A DNA stretch of 63,815 bases, counting the filler, from Craspedostauros australis (Eukaryota): assembly GCA_030167865.1 (NCBI GenBank). It is 5 parts of 5 records of this genome, joined end to end, with 100 filler letters (N's around TTAATTAATTAA, not from the genome) between each part and the next. Parts side by side here need not be neighbours in the genome. Positions count along the whole stretch, not along the records: positions 1 to 22,118 come from JALAGF010000902.1; 4 more parts are not named here. One strand, given 5' to 3'. Position 1 is the stretch's first letter; each line of letters begins with the position of its first letter. Shown here in pieces: positions 1-11,671 of the stretch. Below the pieces are notes generated by a model that was not told the DNA's origin, did no database searches, and saw only the letters and a program-made list of their open reading frames with translations. Position numbers and translations under genes: made by a program.

Positions 1-1558
1 TCCTACGGGGCCGGTGGAGGCGAGGGTAAAGCCTACAGAGCACATTTATAATGTAATCCCTGAGTTATTATTATTATGCAGAAAAGCAACATCATGCAGA
101 GTAGAATAGTAGGGTGTGCGTAGAGTATGCAGTGTACATGATGTTGTGATGGATGTAGAGGAGTATGACACAAGGTCACTCAACAAAAACGCGCAGTGCA
201 GAACGGAAAACAAAGCGAGAATCGAACCAGCGCAAAAGGATCNNNNNNNNNNNNNNNNNNNNNNNNNNNNNNNNNNNNNNNNNNNNNNNNNNNNNNNNNN
301 NNNNNNNNNNNNNNNNNNNNNNNNNNNNNNNNNNNNNNNNNNNNNNNNNNNNNNNNNNNNNNNNNNNNNNNNNNNNCTTCTGCGACCGAAAAAAACCGTG
401 AGAATCAGTATCGATCTGAACCGGGTGGGACGAAGACATCAAATAAAAAGTCTGTCCAACCACTCGTGGGCTTGACGATGTCACTCAACATGGAACATGC
501 GACGTTGCCATGCACTTAACGATAACAAGAAACACGTCATCACAGTTTCGACTCGAACTAACGCCCGTAACGTCGAAATGAGCACGTCATTTTGTTCCAA
601 ATCGAGCTTCCCACCAAGCAAAACACAAAGAAAGCNNNNNNNNNNNNNNNNNNNNNNNNNNNNNNNNNNNNNNNNNCTCCCGAAAAAGCGAATTCTGGCC
701 GCTTGCATCACGTTTTGCCTCTAAAACGCTAGGCTGACGCCATCATAACTTTATAACCAAAGGCTGGACTCACTGTCTAGCACCTGATCCTTATTACCAA
801 TGTGTTAAAGTATATATGGTTAAATTTTAGTTGCCATAGGAGCCCATTTTTTCAAAATCCTGCCGTGGTCGTACGGTCATTGGCTGACGTGGGTCATATA
901 TTATACTCTGGAGAGGACCATCATGCACTCGATCACACCGCCAGAGAGAAACCTAAGCTCGCCGCAATCCATGATGATTCTTCAACTACGAACCCGGATG
1001 TAGGCGATTACCTCTGCTGAATGTGTCGCATACTTTGGAGGCACTCTCTGTTTTCTGGCGATGCGTCCTGTTTGGAGTGAAGGAAGGAGGAAATGGCCAC
1101 GGAGAAACCGCAAAGGCGTCTTGTGCCATTCAATGACTTTGCGCGCTTCTTGCGGAGAACTTTGGCATGTGAAGCAGAGCGGAGTAGTGGAGGTGCAGAG
1201 CAGACATAACATGCACAATGTTTGTATTATGTCATAAACTAAAATTATAATATACTGTGTCTATCGAACTCATCTATGAATGTAGTTGTGTGGTACAACA
1301 TCTTGCAAGTGCTGTTCTGTCAAGGTTGGGGTGCGCTCCCCATGATTGCCACGGCAAGGATTACTGATGTTGAGGAGCATTGCATAGAAGCCGCAAACGC
1401 ACCGTACACAACACGACATGGATCCTTCGTATGTGCGAGTGTGTTCCAGGTACTCTACACTTGCACGTAGTCGTAATCGCACTTGCACGAGTACGGTAGG
1501 TGCCATACTGATTGGTGCCTTCCTGTCTGCGCAAGCAACGCAACCGCCAGCGACCACC

Positions 1559-2887
1559 TCAAAAGTAACGGGAGAGTAGGTCCCAAGTCGCAGGACTTGC
1601 AACCAGCTTGATAAGCTGCCGTATTTTGCGCATGTCTTCAACTGCGTAGTAGTGCCTGTAATGCTTTCCTGGGATGAATTCCAATGGCACAGCATCATCC
1701 GAAGACGGTCTTAGACGCAAAAAGTCCAGCAACTGGGACGCCGTTTGGTTCCAGGCCGCTTCATAGTCTTCGTAGAATAGGATGAGAGTGGGAAGAACAT
1801 ATCCGATCTCTTCTTTGTTCGTCGTTGATTGTCTGTCGGCATGACCAGTCAAATCCTTCGCATAACTCAAATCAAAGCGCTTGAGCTCTGCCGTGACTTC
1901 GATGGCGTGGTTGTGCCACCATGTGTACCGAATGAACTCTGCGTGGCATGGAGCCTCCCGTGCCGCTTCCCAAAGCTCGGAGTCGTACCATTTCGATTCC
2001 GCCTCGGCCTTTCGTCCCATCCGATCCTGATCACGACACCATATCTGGAAGCCCTGCTTCGTGTCATTCATCACGTTCAATCGAGCGGCTTTCTTGGGAT
2101 CGGCTTTCCAATTCTTTTGCCGCATGTGGAATCGTGCGACTATGTTGTCGAATGGATCACGTATGAGATGAACGGCCCGCTGGACGATGTTGCGGCCGTA
2201 GGTGACCGGCACTTTCGTGTCATTCCAAAGGCGATTGCCGGTCCGACATGCGACATCGAAGGAACGTTTGGTCTGGATGTAGCCATCGGGGTTGGCGACC
2301 ATGGCATTGCCCCCGCAGTGCGTCTTCGTCAGAACGAAGTCCTTCGGCCGCGGTTGGCCGGGATGTCTCCAGAATGGTCCATTGAACGAGATGGATGAGT
2401 CGTCTCCGTGCTGGTAGATCGGCACCGAGGTCCCATGACGTCCCTGTTCGTTGCCGTAGTTCGTGGCAGTGGTGGTATGCGTGTACTGCTGAATCAGCTT
2501 GAGAGTGTAGGTCGTGCCAGAGTTGGGGAACGACATCAGCCAAACCACCCATGGTTTGATCGGCTGGACGGCATGTGACAGATCATCACCGTTTGATGTT
2601 GCAACGTGGCTGCCATCAGCTCCATCTGTGACAACTTCGTCCTCTTTGCCATTGCCGGTGGTGCTAACGCCGATGTTTGTATTTTTCTGGCTCAAGCTTG
2701 TATCATCGGATCGTTTTCGTGACGCTTCGATATCTGCCGATGCAGCGGTCGTCGACGCCGTTGGGTTTGATCCCACGATTGCAATGTTGCAATCCGACAA
2801 GTAAAGATACGGCAAACGAAGCAATGACAGTGCAACTGCCACGGCGAGGCACAGCACAAGCGCCAATGCGTATCTTCGTCGTGCCAT
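1559..2887 (-). CDS. Type II membrane sulfotransferase-like (P-loop/PAPS-binding) protein
   Basis: ATG at 2887 (MARRRYALALVLCLAVAVALSLL, signal-anchor) followed by a low-complexity stem. It has a 5'-PSB-like motif WLMSFPNSGTTYT, a 3'-PB-like motif LIRDPFDNIVARF and a C-terminal LFYEDY...LLDFL. Confidence 0.75.
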   Translation of the reverse strand: MARRRYALALVLCLAVAVALSLLRLPYLYLSDCNIAIVGSNPTASTTAASADIEASRKRSDDTSLSQKNTNIGVSTTGNGKEDEVVTDGADGSHVATSNGDDLSHAVQPIKPWVVWLMSFPNSGTTYTLKLIQQYTHTTTATNYGNEQGRHGTSVPIYQHGDDSSISFNGPFWRHPGQPRPKDFVLTKTHCGGNAMVANPDGYIQTKRSFDVACRTGNRLWNDTKVPVTYGRNIVQRAVHLIRDPFDNIVARFHMRQKNWKADPKKAARLNVMNDTKQGFQIWCRDQDRMGRKAEAESKWYDSELWEAAREAPCHAEFIRYTWWHNHAIEVTAELKRFDLSYAKDLTGHADRQSTTNKEEIGYVLPTLILFYEDYEAAWNQTASQLLDFLRLRPSSDDAVPLEFIPGKHYRHYYAVEDMRKIRQLIKLVASPATWDLLSRYF

Positions 2888-3567
2888 GATGCTGCACTCT
2901 CCCCAAATGCTTCCACGAAAGGAGATGGCAGATGGTGAATGGTGGGTGGCAGAGAATAGAGGGTGGCAGGCACACCAAGGATGCCATGTTCTGGCGGCAG
3001 TGTGCGAGAATGTCACGCACCCGTGGCTTTCTCTCTTGCTGTGCCTCGCTCGTTCTCGTTGCTGACCTTGTTTCGTTTCTGTTCTGTGTTCACAGTTCGC
3101 TCAACTTCAAACCTTGGCGCCAACAACGGCAACAACGTGACCGGCTCACTGTGACGTTATTTATCGTTATTATTTGACTAGAAGGAATACATGAATTTGT
3201 CAGTTCTCATCATTGACTCCATGAAGTCGAAGTCGCCAGAATCATCCAAACCAACCAATCCTCGCCGTGTCCTTTTCGTGTCCTCAGCCTTGACACGGTG
3301 CACCAAAGGCAAAAGGATCTCATCTTGTTTGATGTTGCTGGTCATCGCAGGAACATCACCAGCCACTGCCACCACCCATCAATCAACCCATCAACCCATC
3401 AACCAGCCAGCGAGCCAACCAGCCACAGAGACAACAAGGAAGAGCAGTCCACCGGCAGTCGCGTTTCTGCCATCCTCGCACTGCGGATACAGAAACCATC
3501 TCTGGATGCCAATACATTCAATTGCACAAAGAAGCAAAGAAGCAAAGAACACTTGCAAAGCTGAAAG

Positions 3568-6500
3568 ATGACAGGAGCAACTGCAACAGTTGTCGGCTTC
3601 GGAGCCCAGACTCCGTCTGCTGTGAGTGGATCTTCAGCGATGCATGCATCGCGTCACATGTATTCTATCATGTAGCACGTAGCATACCAAATGTCGCGTT
3701 CCCCACCTTGCTCAGTGCATCTCTCACCTCCATCGTCTTGCCGTTGTCGTCTGCATTTTCGCCGCAACCGCAATATTATTCTGTCTGGCAATGTACAAAC
3801 CAATCCACACGCACGCACATGCGCATGCGCACACACCCATACCACCAACATGGAATGCAGGTCTTGGAGCTCATCTCCAAGAGCGTTTTGGAATGCGGCA
3901 TCGCGACCGTGACGCCGCAGCGTTCGCAGTCCATCGAGCTGGGCCTGTTGCAGGCACCGTACAGAACATTCCTCAAATCAAATTCCTCCAAAGACGCGGC
4001 AGAGCCGCAGTCGCTCGTTGTCTACTGCCTTCCCAAGAGCGTCACGGAGTACGTCACATTCCAGACCGAAATCTCGTCCATCCGATCGCAGCTGCTGCAT
4101 TGCGTGCAGAACGGCGACAGCACGAAGACCGTGGTGGCGGTGTACGATAGTCTCGCGGATGCAATCGTTGGCGGCACCGTGGAGTCTGTCCTGGAGGGTC
4201 TCCAAACGGATGACATCGAGAAGAAGTGCACGTTGGCCGTGGCCGGTTTGGAGGCGCTCAATAAGCTGGAGGTTGAGACGATGAGCCAAGTCGTCATGCC
4301 CAAGAGCAAGCGCAAGGACGTTGTCATCGTGGTCGGCTCTGGTGGAAGAGAGCATGCATTGGCGGTCGCGCTGGCAAAGTCACCGCTGGTTGCCAAAGTC
4401 GTGTGCTGTCCTGGAAATGGCGGAACTCTGTCGGAAGGTGGAAAGGTCTGCAACATCGGGGCGGATCAGAAGAATGAGACAGTAATCGCCCTGACAAAGG
4501 AACTCGGTGCCAAGATGGTGGTCGTCGGACCGGAGGCTCCGCTCGTGGCTGGACTTGTCGATGAGCTCAAGGTTCAATGCCCAGAGGTTTTGGCATTCGG
4601 ACCCACCAAGGCAGCAGCTGAGCTGGAGGCCAGCAAGGTGCGTACCCGCGTGGCCTGTTCACGTGAATGCCGATACATTTGTGCTTGTAGAGTATGCTGC
4701 AATGCGCAGCCACCAACCAGCATTCAGTTGATTTCGTTGTGGTCGGTTCTTGTGATACTCCAGAGACTTTTCATGCGTGCCTTTGCATGTCCAGTCGGTG
4801 ACTGAATTGAAATACTCCACGTTGCACAACACTACTCTGACATCTTGAATGTTTCTCCCGTAATACTCGTACGATGATGGCGGCTCGGACATTCACAAAT
4901 TCGGCATGCGCATATGTGCACGTGTGCATATCTCCACAGGCATTCACCAAGGACTTCCTCCAAGAGCATGGCATTCCAACAGCCAAGTACCGCAACTTCA
5001 CAGACGCCGCCGAGGCCATTGCGTACGTGGAGTCGCTGGATGAGAATGATCGGCAGGTTGTGAAGGCATCTGGACTCGCGGCTGGTAAGGGTGTTCTCAT
5101 TCCAACGACCAAGGCAGAGACAGTCGACGCCGTGAAGGAGATCATGTCAGATAAAGCGTTCGGGGCTGCTGGCGATACCTGCGTCATCGAGTCCTTCCTC
5201 ACCGGACCAGAAGCATCCTGCTTTGCTCTTTGCGATGGAAAGACAGCCGTGATGATGCCTGCTGCGCAAGATCACAAACGAGCCTTGGATGGTGACCAAG
5301 GGTTGAACACTGGAGGGATGGGAGCGTACGCACCGGCACCGTGCGTCACACCGGATCTTCAGAAGCAGATTCATGAGATGTGCCAAACCACCGTCACCAA
5401 GATGGCCGAGCGCGGAACGCCCTACGTTGGCCTTCTGTATGCCGGTCTGATGCTCACGCCGCAAGGACCCAAGATGCTTGAGTACAATTGCCGCTTCGGC
5501 GATCCGGAGACGCAGGTCGTGTTGCCGTTGTTGGAGACAGACCTGTACGAGGTCATGACCGCGTGCTGCACCATGACGCTGGATAAGGTCGACGTCCGTT
5601 TCAAGGAGAACGTCTCTGCTGCCACAGTAGTCTGTGCTGCGCTGGGGTACCCTGAAAAGTACCCGAAGGGAATGGCCATCGAAGGCCTGGATAAGGCCAA
5701 GGCGATGGGAGATGTTGTCAAGGTGTACCATGCAGGAACCAAGATCGATGACAGCGGCGTCACTCGATGCAGTGGTGGGCGTGTGCTGGCCGTCACGGGC
5801 ATGGGCGCAAACCTCAAGTCCGCCCTCCAGAATGCCTACAAATGCGCCGACCAGCTCGCCTTTGTGGATGCCGATGGACAGCCGCAGCTGCACAGGCGCA
5901 CAGATATTGGGCGAAAGGCCACGCAGCGCAAGCTTCGCATCGGTGTGATGGGATCCACGCGCGGCACTGCTCTCATCCCCGTTATGGAGGCGTGCGCTTC
6001 AGGTTCTCTGCATGCAGAAATCGTGGCAGTGCTCAGCAACAGATCCGCTGCTCCAATCCTGGAGAAGGGCAAGTCGTTGGGTGCCACAGTCGTGTCCAAG
6101 TTCGTTTCGGCCAAGGGGCTGACCCGTGACCAGCACGACGCCGAGTGCACAGCAGCACTGTTGGGCGCAGGCGTTGACTACGTTCTGCTGGTGGGGTACA
6201 TGCGGATAGTGTCCAAGCAATTTTGTCAGTTCTGGGCCGGACGCTGCGTCAACGTTCATCCGTCGTTGCTTCCCAAACACGCGGGACGGATGGACCTTCA
6301 AGTTCATCAGGCGGTGCTGGACGCTGGTGAAGCCGAAAGCGGGTGCACCGTGCACGAAGTCACGGAGGAAGTTGATGCAGGATCTATCGTCGTTCAAAAG
6401 TCGGTGAAAGTGGAGGCAGGTGACACGGCGGAGTCACTGAAAGCGCGCGTTCAGCCATTGGAAGGACCAGCATTCGTTGAAGCCGTTGCGGCCTATTGCA

Positions 6501-7561
6501 AGAAGCAAGCCGTTGTCAGCTACGCTGATGCAGGTGTAAGCATCGATGCAGGTAACAAGCTGGTGGACCTCATCAAGCCAGTATGCAAGGCCACTCGCAG
6601 ACCTGGATGCGATGCAGACCTCGGTGGCTTCGGTGGGCTCTTCGACCTCGCCGCCGCTGGATACGATGCCTCCAACACGGTCTTGATCGGAGCCACGGAT
6701 GGTGTCGGCACCAAGCTCCGAATCGCTCATGCCACCAAGCAACACGAGACGGTCGGCATCGATCTGGTCGCCATGTGCGTCAATGATCTCATCGTCGCTG
6801 GTGGAGAGCCACTATTCTTCCTCGATTACTTCGCCACGGGGCACTTGGAGATTGAAGACGCGGCCGCCGTCGTGCGCGGCATCGCCGAGGGTTGCCAGCA
6901 ATCCATGTGCGGCCTGATCGGTGGAGAAACTGCCGAGATGCCCTCCATGTACGCACCTGGCGACTACGATCTCGCTGGGTTCGCCGTCGGTGCGGTGGGT
7001 AGGGACGCCATCCTCCCAGCCTCCAACATTGGCGCTGGCGACATCCTGCTGGGTTTGACCAGTTCTGGCATCCACTCCAACGGCTTCTCCCTGGTGCGCA
7101 AGCTCATCCAGAAGGAAGGTCTCAACTTTGACTCGCCATGCCCATGGGACGGCAACGGCAGCAAGACGGTGGGCGAATCTCTACTCACGCCCACCAAGAT
7201 CTACGTGAAGGCCTGCATGCCTCTGCTCAAGGCCAGTCTCCTCAAGGGGATGGCCCACATCACGGGAGGTGGCCTCCTCGAGAACCTCCCCCGCAGCCTT
7301 CCAAAGAAGGTGGGAGCCGAAGTTACGCACCCTGCCCTCCCTGCTGTTTTCAAGTGGATGCAGCAAGCGAGCGGTCTGGATGACACGGAGATGCTGAGGA
7401 CGTTCAATTGTGGCATCGGAATGATCCTCATTCTCAGTCCCGAGAATGTCGCCCAGGCGAAGGAGTTGCTGACGGCGAACGGCGAAGCGGTGGTGCACGA
7501 TCTGGGCTGCCTGGTCGAATCGGCCGATGGCGAAGTCACCGTCAAGAATGAACTCAAGTAG
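3568..7561 (+). CDS. purD/purN/purM: Multifunctional de novo purine enzyme, about 1150 aa: N-terminal unknown (lumazine-synthase-like) domain + GAR synthetase (PurD) + GAR transformylase (PurN) + AIR synthetase (PurM)
   Basis: Exons 3568-3621, 3861-4637 and 4940-7561; both introns are GT..AG and phase 0. Splicing gives ELEASK|AFTKDFL. PurD motifs: GSGGREHAL, KASGLAAGKGV, QDHKR, GLNTGGMGAY, EYNCRFGDPETQ. PurN motifs: GSTRGT, LVGYMRI, NVHPSLLP, GCTVHEVTEEVDAG. PurM motifs: SYADAGV, GGFGGLF, TDGVGTK, DLVAMCVND, GGETAEMP, SSGIHSNGFSLVRK, HITGGG, RTFNCGIG. Exon 1 is inferred from splice signals only. Confidence 0.93.
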
Positions 7562-7858
7562 AGTGTAATAGATCGATGCCAGACAATCGCTGGGAGGCCT
7601 GTGCATTTGTATTTGCATTCGCGTTCACATTCGAAGCAGCCCCATCGTCACAGCAATGGCAGCAGCAAATGCAACAGTCCTACTCTTAACCATCAAACAT
7701 TCATTACTCAAAGCATATAATTTGCATGGTGTGTATCCATGTCGAATGATCCCTGCTCTATTTTGGGGCTTTCGTCGTCGTAGGTGTTCACCATGCTTCG
7801 CAGCAACGCCACTCGTCCACCATGAGCTATGCGTTCCACTTGCACTCGCACAGCACCT

Positions 7859-10475
7859 CTATTGCTGCTTCTTATCTCGCGACACGGTCTTGGCACTCTC
7901 CGAATTGGCATCAGCGGGCGCATCTTCTCCCAGACCCTCCACCGGACGCGATGTGTCGACTGGATACAACCAGCGTTGGTAGATGTAGATGAAGAACACG
8001 ATATCATCGCGGAAGCAGCTGATCCTGGCCATCGTCGGCATGCGGATGATGAAGGAGAAGAGGTCGTCGATGAAGGTGTTGAGGCTCTTGTAGATCAGCA
8101 CCCTCCACGGCAAATGGGCGACACTCTTCAGCTTGTAATTCAAGAACAGCTGCGGCGTCATGAGCACAAAGCCGAGCGCGTAGACCGCAGAGGATGCGGA
8201 TGTGATCAACCAGGAGTACCACCCCACATGCTCCTCCATGATCAGCGAGTATATCGTGTAAACGAAGATCAGCGGCAACAAGACTCTGCCAAGCGTGTTC
8301 GTTGCAATGCGGTCCGACTCCAACGTCAATTCGTGCAGATCCCTTGATGTTGGCGCTGATGGCTGCTTCCCATCCGGTTTGACGCTGCCGCCGTCACTGC
8401 CACCTCCGTCACTACCGCTATTGCTTGGATCCAATTGCTCCTTCTTGGGTACCATCAGACGGCTCGCCTGCAGTTCGTACCCAAACATCCGCGGGATGAT
8501 GTTCCACCAGGATACCTTCGTCATGCCGTCGCCATCATCGTTGGTGACCTTGATCAGAGCAAATCCAGCAGCACGGTGGCACTTCCACAGCGCGATGAGA
8601 CATCCGAAGATGGACGGTACGATCATGAGCAAGGAAGACTCCTTGTCGATCAAGAATAGCACGATGATGACTTGCCCGACCATGTCCAGGAACAACGATC
8701 GAACCGACAGACCCGTGAGGTCATCATTGTTGCGCCAAAAGTTGACCTCGCTCTTGAAGGTCAGGAATTCGAAGAGCAGGTGCAGAGCACTTGCCAGCAT
8801 GGTGATCGCCAGCAACGTGACGTTGGTGTCCGCAACAAGACGCCGAAGATCGTCGATGTCGGACTGTTCGAAGCCAAGCTCCTTCTGGCTTTCGATGCCC
8901 TTCGACAGGTGGGACAGCAGACGCCACCTCGCGGGGCTGATGCCACCCGCCGTCGCAGTTTGGGCCTTCGCGCTTGCATCCTTATCCTCAATGTCGCTTC
9001 GGTCGAAGGATATGCGCAGCGGCAGGCTTGTCAATGTGTCGTTGACGGGAATGTACTTTTCCGTCGTCAAACCAATCTCATCCACGTGCAGCGCGGGCAT
9101 GTGCGCAATTCCAGTTGGGTGGGACTTGGATTTTGCCGTTCGCACCAGCTCCATGCCGGAAACGTGAGCATATTCGTACGGGTAGGCATCGGAATCCAGC
9201 AGGTACTTGACAGCAACTTCCGGCTTCCAGTACGGATACCCCGCGCCTTCCGATTTCATGGTCTGCGACATCTCAAAGGCCTCGTGGAAGTCCGGTTTGG
9301 CGTATTTCATATCCCAAGGAGCATGTTCAGTGTCCGCGACGTTGCGGAGGATGTGCTTGCGGAACAGGTACACGACGTCGTTGTAAAGAATGCGCCCCGG
9401 TTGGCGGATGTGATGCGGTGGTTCATGCTTGACCATGTCCACCTGACCCAGCATCAACGATTGCGATCTGGACGCCTTGCTGAGCAGCTCTAGAGATTCC
9501 TGCGGGTTGGTGGCGCCCGACACGGATGCGACGTTGTCGAACGGCTTCGTCACAAGGACGTGGATATAGACAGTCGAGTTTGTGGAAAGCGCCTTCCAGA
9601 TCGGAGAATCGGATGGCAGATGGACGACGGAACGCTGCAGCATTGGCGAGGATGCGCCTCCGTCGCTCTCCTTCGGCTCCGATCTCAAACCAGCCGCAAC
9701 CAGCGCGTCGGAGATGGATTTGGATATTGATTGGTAAAATGTGAGCAGGATGCTTGTGGATTCAATCCCCTGCCCGGCCGCGGATATTGTCGATATGATG
9801 CTGCCGTCGTGACCATGCAGCTCGGCTTCCGTCTCGTCCAGCAGCCGCTTGGCAGATTGGTACGATGGGTCATTCTCGCCGCATGAGCTGGCGTCGTCGT
9901 CCTTGGCCTGCCCCGCGGCGCAATCCAACGTCGATAGCAGGAAGGATTTGGAAAGCGACGCAGCTGTGATATCCTGTTTCCACAAAAGGATCGTCGACAG
10001 ACCGTCGCCATCACTGTCGCTCTCATCTTCCGAACCATCCTCCTGTTCGAGCTCGTACTCGCCATGAAAATCAGCCAGCACAAACGACTGGTCGAATGCG
10101 GGCTTTCCGCTCAAGTAGACCTTCATGTGCATCGGCGTCGCTTCCTGCCACAGCGGTCGAACGAATCCATTCTCGGGGAACGCCGACAGATCCAGACGAG
10201 ACAGCGGGTACATCAGACCGTGTCTGTGGTGGATTACAATACGGAGCAAAGGAGAAGAAGTGTGCGTCAGCAAATGGTAGAGTACATAATGATGATGATG
10301 GTCATGGACGGCCACCTGGGAGGATGAAATTCAATCTGTATTCGTAGACCATCAAACGTGAGCAAGAGGAAGAGGAAGAGCAACAACCAAGAACTCACAG
10401 ATTGTACACCGCGAAGGAAACATAGAGTCCCATGAAGGCCGTCGCAAAGAGCGACGAAAACGAAAATCCTCCCAT
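7859..10475 (-). CDS. CLPTM1: CLPTM1/CLPTM1L-family multi-pass membrane protein (putative ER lipid scramblase)
   Basis: Exon 1 is 10475-10399 (MGGFSFSSLFATAF...), with a GTGAGT..CAG intron at 10398-10224, then exon 2 at 10223-7859. Hallmark motifs: LHLLFEFLTFKSEVNFWR, GFVLMTPQLFLNYKLKSVAHLPW, YKSLNTFIDDLFSFIIRMPTMARISCFRDDIVFFIYIYQRWLYPVD. Confidence 0.92.
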
Positions 10476-11671
10476 CCTTGCAGCGTGTTTTATGATTCAG
10501 AGCGGGGTGCTGTATGAGTTGCGCTCAAAGGAAGTCGGAATATCGCTGGGATGGAGATGGAGTGTTGTCGGAGCGTTGTCAGAGTGTTGGTGAAATGAGG
10601 ACAGCGAAGATCGGGTGAGAGGTCGGCAGTCAGTACTCGTTGGTGCCTCCTCTGGCACCATTTTTCGCGTTTGTTTGTGTTGGCGGGAACAAGCGATTTC
10701 GTTTTCACATCTTGGTTCGTGCTCCACTTGGAGTCACGCACAACGACGTGACTCATGGGATAGTGGACTCATTCGAGTGTGTCTGTCTTTGGCCGTGGCT
10801 GTGTCATGGTTTGTGCCTGACAATCGTAAACAGACATATTTTGTCACAAACAGACACCCACGAACAAGAACGACAAAACAGGTGTTGGTCTGAACAGACA
10901 CGATGTGACGCAAACGGACAGACATACCCACAACAAGAGAAAGCCAATAAAGTCATCAAATATGTATTTCGCCGCTGTATTTGTGATGAATTATTGGGCC
11001 TGTCTTTGTCAACCATCAAAACAAGGACACAAGAGGACGACTGCTCCATTGGACCAAAAACGCCGACACTTGTTTTGTTGTCACATTTTTGGGCTGCGTG
11101 TCCTGATTTCGTCAGAAAACGCCGCCACGATGAGACATCGCGCAAATGTTCGCAAGGAGTGTGGAGTGGAAAAACGCTGGGCGCAGCGTCCTCGGTCCCT
11201 GCTGAGTTCCTCTACGAACAGCGACAGAGAGTGAACGAAACGATGACGTTGGGCCCAGAGTTCTCGCTGCCTCATAACCGATCTGGTGTACCAGAAGCTG
11301 CTCTTCTGTGTCGAAGTCTCCTGGAATGGGAATCGCCGTTCTGCCACAATGCGCATCATGGCTCTTGCTCAAAAGTGCCCGCAATGGAATCCAGAACAGA
11401 GTAATTGCATAATAGGTACTAGACCCATTCCCATTGCGCCAGCATCGAGCAATGGAAAGGTCCAAACAAGACGTCTTCTACTTGTTGTCACGAGTATGTA
11501 GGTCGAAGTTGTGCGGTACATAGTAGTAACTGCTTGTCTACTGTTGCACTGCTTGTTAGCCCTTGTTGCTCGCCGCGAGTACGAGCCATGGTACCATACT
11601 ATACAAACACATCTCACATCGGCCCACTCATACGCGTACACCGCTTCCATGTGCTTGCGTGCGCGCACCCT

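Noticed and set aside
1..1250. Genes or TE in the gapped start of the window
   Set aside because: The ORFs span N runs or are short and interrupted, and no family assignment can be supported.
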